IMG/VR virus record: IMGVR_UViG_3300010338_000470
DNA length: 64,000 nucleotides
Direction: 5' to 3' (one strand)
Origin: a virus
Lineage: Duplodnaviria; Caudoviricetes
Every line of letters begins with the position of its first letter. The stretch's first letter is position 1. Under the pieces are notes generated by a model. It ran no database searches, was not told where the DNA came from, and saw nothing but the letters and a program-made list of their open reading frames with translations. This document shows positions 60,759-64,000 of the stretch, in pieces. The position numbers and the translations under genes are program-made.

Positions 60759-61886
60759 TCAGCCAACCACGACACACCTGTATTTACTGCTAGCCGGGGC
60801 GGTAGCGAAGACAAGGGACACCTGGGTAGTGCTCGTCTTCTGAATTTCAGGATACACTTCAGCGTAGGGAGAAGAGTTATCGTGAACGGACACGGTAACG
60901 TCCCTTGAGCCAAGCCCGTGAGTCACGGTGATGGTAGTAGAGGTGCCGTCCCCAACATTGGTTGCGTACTTCTTAGTGAACGTCGAGGCGAGCTTGGCAT
61001 CGGAAATTCCCCCGTCCTTGACTCTCAAGGCATCAGCGTTGATCTCGATGGTCGAGTTGTCGACGTTGACACTGAAGGTGTTTCCAGTGAGATCAAGGCC
61101 GTTGCCAGCAACATAGGACCCAGCCCCAGCGAACTGAGCGTAAGTCAAGGAGGTCGAACCAACGGTAATCGGGGCGTTAGTGGTCAACACCCAAGCTGTA
61201 TCAGCATTGACCGTACCCTCCTCGATGAAAACAGCCATGTTGGGTAGTTCGGCTGCCGTGTCAGCATCGGAAGCTCTAGTGGGTGCCCCGGAAGCGTTGA
61301 CAACATAAAGACCGTTCTCGGAGGCTGTACCCTGGTTCTTGATGAGGATACGGTCGCCCGTAGCTAGGGTCACACCGTCAACGGAATCCCCATTCTCGAA
61401 ACTTGAAGCCAAAGTCCCTGCTGCGGTCGTGGCTACCCTGGCAGCGTTCTTCCAAGACGTGCCATTTATGGCTGAATCCACATACCCCTTGGTGGCTCCG
61501 TCGGTGGAAGCTGTAGGGGTGGCGAGGTTTGTGATCTTCTGAGAGTTGAGGTTCAGGCTTCCAGTGGGGGCTGGGAGGGTATGCAAGGCCCCCACAACAA
61601 AGTCAACGGAAGGAACTCCGTCGTTGTACGTTAAGGTGATGCCGGTTTGTGTACCGGCCGTCAGCATTGTTGCTATGAAGTCTTCGATTTGCTCCTGGGT
61701 GAACCCAGAACTGCCCGAAGCAGCGACCCATGATGTCCCGTCCCAAAAGTAGAGCTTGCTAGTGGATGTATCGTAGTAGATCTGACCAGTAGCAGGGCTG
61801 CTAGGGGCAGAGGCAAGGTTCTGAACTCTGGCATTCAGAATCTCGTTCTTGTTTAGGTCAATGCCTGTGAGGTATTGGCGTGCCAT
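60759..61886 (-). CDS. Virion fibre/decoration protein
   Basis: PTASTDGATKGYVD, GDRILIKNQ..ENGLY, TVTHGLG. Confidence 0.75.
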   Translation of the reverse strand: MARQYLTGIDLNKNEILNARVQNLASAPSSPATGQIYYDTSTSKLYFWDGTSWVAASGSSGFTQEQIEDFIATMLTAGTQTGITLTYNDGVPSVDFVVGALHTLPAPTGSLNLNSQKITNLATPTASTDGATKGYVDSAINGTSWKNAARVATTAAGTLASSFENGDSVDGVTLATGDRILIKNQGTASENGLYVVNASGAPTRASDADTAAELPNMAVFIEEGTVNADTAWVLTTNAPITVGSTSLTYAQFAGAGSYVAGNGLDLTGNTFSVNVDNSTIEINADALRVKDGGISDAKLASTFTKKYATNVGDGTSTTITVTHGLGSRDVTVSVHDNSSPYAEVYPEIQKTSTTQVSLVFATAPASSKYRCVVVG

Positions 61887-61908
61887 GGGTCAATTCTACC
61901 TCTCAGCC

Positions 61909-62181
61909 CTAGGACAAAACAGCATATCCACTGAAAGCAGATGAGAATGTGATAGTCAAGGAGTTCACCGAACTATGCAGAATCTCTCCGACCACAACCT
62001 CATTGGCTGAATTGAAGGCCGTGACATTCGGCTTGTAATCCATGTTGTGGGTTATGGTCCACACGGAGGCTACGGAGGCTTGGGTGTGGAAATAGGAGAG
62101 CTTCCCGTCACCAGGGTCGCCTGGGTCGCCCTTGGGGCCGGGAGGTCCTTGAATGCCGTCAACTATAACTACAGTGCCCAC
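61909..62181 (-). CDS. Small structural protein with a short collagen repeat
   Basis: GPPGPKGDPGDPG; WTITHNM. Confidence 0.7.
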   Translation of the reverse strand: MGTVVIVDGIQGPPGPKGDPGDPGDGKLSYFHTQASVASVWTITHNMDYKPNVTAFNSANEVVVGEILHSSVNSLTITFSSAFSGYAVLS

Positions 62182-62190
62182 GCTGTCACC

Positions 62191-62376
62191 TCAACTAGTC
62201 CAAACTAGGATATCACCAAGATAGGCTTTAGTGGCGGGGTTCGAACCAAAGAAAAGGGCAGCAACCTGGCTTGAACCAAAGAAGATCTGCTTCAACACCT
62301 CAAGTGCCTCCAAGGGCACGGCTCCAAGCTCCGCCCCAGCGGGACTCCACATAATGTCAAATTCATCAGAAGGCAT
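62191..62376 (-). CDS. Small hypothetical protein
   Basis: ..AYLGDILVW C-terminus. Confidence 0.55.
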   Translation of the reverse strand: MPSDEFDIMWSPAGAELGAVPLEALEVLKQIFFGSSQVAALFFGSNPATKAYLGDILVWTS

Positions 62377-62377
62377 T

Positions 62378-63193
62378 TCAGGCCTCACGCATGTAAAAGG
62401 TTGAAGCAAAGAAGGGAGATCCCGTGGAGCTGCCCGGATAGATGATCCACTCAAGGCAGCTTTCAGCAGGTATCACAACTGGAAGGTCGGAGTTCAAGAT
62501 ATCAAACATTCTGGGTTGTGACTGATTACCTAGAGGCAGGGCCAGAAGAGGCTTGAAGAGGGTGACCCCAAAGTTGCCTGCGGTGCCGGTGGAGGTCGCC
62601 AAGGTTACAGACTCAACGGACCTGAACCCCGTATCACCAACATTCAGGGGGATTTCGGCCATGTGTCCAACTTCTCTATCCCCGGTGGCCCCCAACCCAC
62701 CGTAAGCCATCACCGGAGAGGTCGAGCTAACGCCATCCTGGTTTGTGTAGGAAACAGTAAAGGTCGACCGAAGGGTCCCAAGCGTGGCATAAATCTCTAG
62801 TGCGGCCCTGACGCCCTCCCCTGAAGTGTATCTAGTCAATGTGGCCGTGGGGAGATTCAAGGTTTGAGGAGTGGTGGTGGCGGCACTGAGCTGCCCCTGG
62901 TGGCATAACCTGTCGACAAGAAGGGCCATCCCTCCGTTTAGGTTCGTGCTGAGGTTAACTCCCACCAGAATAGAGTCCACGGCAGGGGACCCGTAGAGGG
63001 CCCCTGCTGTTGTGTTCGTGCACGCCAAAGGCCCTATCGGGGTGGCCCCTTGGGTTTTTCCATTACTTAGAGCGTGGGAAGACTTCGACTTGTTTACGGT
63101 TGTCGAAGTCGCATGAACTTTCAAGTCCTGATAGATTCCGGACCCATCGAAACTCACAAGTTGCTTATACTCTGTCAGTCCAGCAAGAGCCAT
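62378..63193 (-). CDS. Putative structural protein (paralogue of the adjacent gene)
   Basis: DRL..GLS..T.Q..LP..LTR.TSG.GV..LEI..G.FGV.L.KPL shared with the neighbour. Confidence 0.7.
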   Translation of the reverse strand: MALAGLTEYKQLVSFDGSGIYQDLKVHATSTTVNKSKSSHALSNGKTQGATPIGPLACTNTTAGALYGSPAVDSILVGVNLSTNLNGGMALLVDRLCHQGQLSAATTTPQTLNLPTATLTRYTSGEGVRAALEIYATLGTLRSTFTVSYTNQDGVSSTSPVMAYGGLGATGDREVGHMAEIPLNVGDTGFRSVESVTLATSTGTAGNFGVTLFKPLLALPLGNQSQPRMFDILNSDLPVVIPAESCLEWIIYPGSSTGSPFFASTFYMREA

Positions 63194-64000
63194 CAGGCCT
63201 CCACGAAGGACAGGGTCCCAACTGGCGCTGGAATCGTAGAGGAGCTACCAAAAAAGGCCATAGAAAGGGCTGCGTTTTCAGGAATTTCGATAGGGCCAAA
63301 CCCTGACAGGAGATTGCGATTTTCCCCAACTCCAGCTATCTGTAGTGGTAGGTAGAGAAGGGGCTTAGCTAAGACGACACCAAAACTACCGGCTGTCCCG
63401 GTTGAAATGGAAAGCTTCACTGCTTCAACAGAGGTAACCCCGAGGTCTCCTGCGCTCAAGGCCACTGGGATCAGGCGACCCTGTTCCCTCTGGGTTCCAG
63501 CTCCAAGGGCGACAACTGGCGATGTTTTCGAAACGCCATCTTCATTCTTGTAATCAACTGTTACGTTAGCCCCAGATGCACCTATGGTCGTGTGGATCTC
63601 AAGGAAAATCTGGACCCCCAGCCCCGAAGTGCTCCTAGTGAGGGGACTGGTGGGCAGATTGGTGGTTTGTGTGGTCGCCAGGGCTCCGCTCAGTCCCCCT
63701 TGCTCACCCAGGCGATCGTAAATCAAAAGCGTTCCAGGCGTAATGCAGCTAGCCGTGACGCCTGTCAACCACTTCGTTCTCCCCCCTGAGGCGTTCGCAT
63801 GCCTCAAGGTTCCATCACTTACGTTAGTTGGCACAGAGGCGGCACCGAGGGCTGTCCCGCCAGTTCCAGACGGACATCCATCCATCATGTTGAGGGAGAT
63901 CCACCGCCCCGCTCCCCCAGTAACGCCAGCCCCATTTATACGGTCAGTCTTAGAGAAGTGAAGGACTTCAGGTGTGCCACTGGCTCCGCCAGTTGCCCTG
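63193..64000 (-). CDS. Putative structural protein (5' end beyond the window)
   Basis: Frame open to the window edge; paralogous to 62378-63193. Confidence 0.7.
   Translation of the reverse strand, partial: RATGGASGTPEVLHFSKTDRINGAGVTGGAGRWISLNMMDGCPSGTGGTALGAASVPTNVSDGTLRHANASGGRTKWLTGVTASCITPGTLLIYDRLGEQGGLSGALATTQTTNLPTSPLTRSTSGLGVQIFLEIHTTIGASGANVTVDYKNEDGVSKTSPVVALGAGTQREQGRLIPVALSAGDLGVTSVEAVKLSISTGTAGSFGVVLAKPLLYLPLQIAGVGENRNLLSGFGPIEIPENAALSMAFFGSSSTIPAPVGTLSFVEA

Noticed and set aside
1-64000. Alternative genetic code or stop-codon readthrough, suggested by the RF-like gene and many tRNAs
   Set aside because: Genes are intact in code 11 and end in TAA, TAG and TGA; no CTA/TTA/TCA suppressor anticodon was found.

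Overview
This window is part of a large tailed dsDNA phage genome, siphovirus-like, most likely infecting an Actinomycetota host (inferred from pervasive leaderless promoters, an actinobacterial-type SSB and amidase, and actinophage-like tail genes). Nearly all genes are on the minus strand. (1) 1-19.7 kb: replication, nucleotide and translation genes: RecA, Bfd-like ferredoxin, macrodomain, class II RNR with 3 inteins, Orn, metallophosphoesterase, DnaB, dNMP kinase, SSB, a GGQ release-factor-like protein, a nucleotidase, endolysin and transglycosylase, HNH and peptide deformylase. (2) About 15-33 kb: an RNA-gene island with 41 tRNAs read by eye (19 amino acids, no clear Cys), tmRNA (tag ANEQFALAA), RNase P RNA, two large highly structured ncRNAs resembling ROOL (~575 nt) and GOLLD (~545 nt), several unnamed pseudoknotted RNAs, odd tRNA-like RNAs and gene-fragment scars. 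(3) 33.7-46.7 kb: UvrD, dCMP deaminase, a terminase large subunit with 4 inteins, and an operon (ParB-like, 2OG-Fe(II) oxygenase, IbrA/IbrB-like, ATP-grasp, methyltransferase) that looks like a modification pathway. (4) 46.7-64 kb: holin, DUF932, tape measure, frameshifted tail chaperones, a repeat-array endonuclease, and tail/neck/structural genes. The most striking observation is the third terminase intein: it has no in-frame homing endonuclease, but it carries a complete HNH endonuclease gene on the opposite strand, with its own leaderless promoter embedded in the intein splicing-motif codons. All family assignments come from motif recognition by eye; no searches were run.
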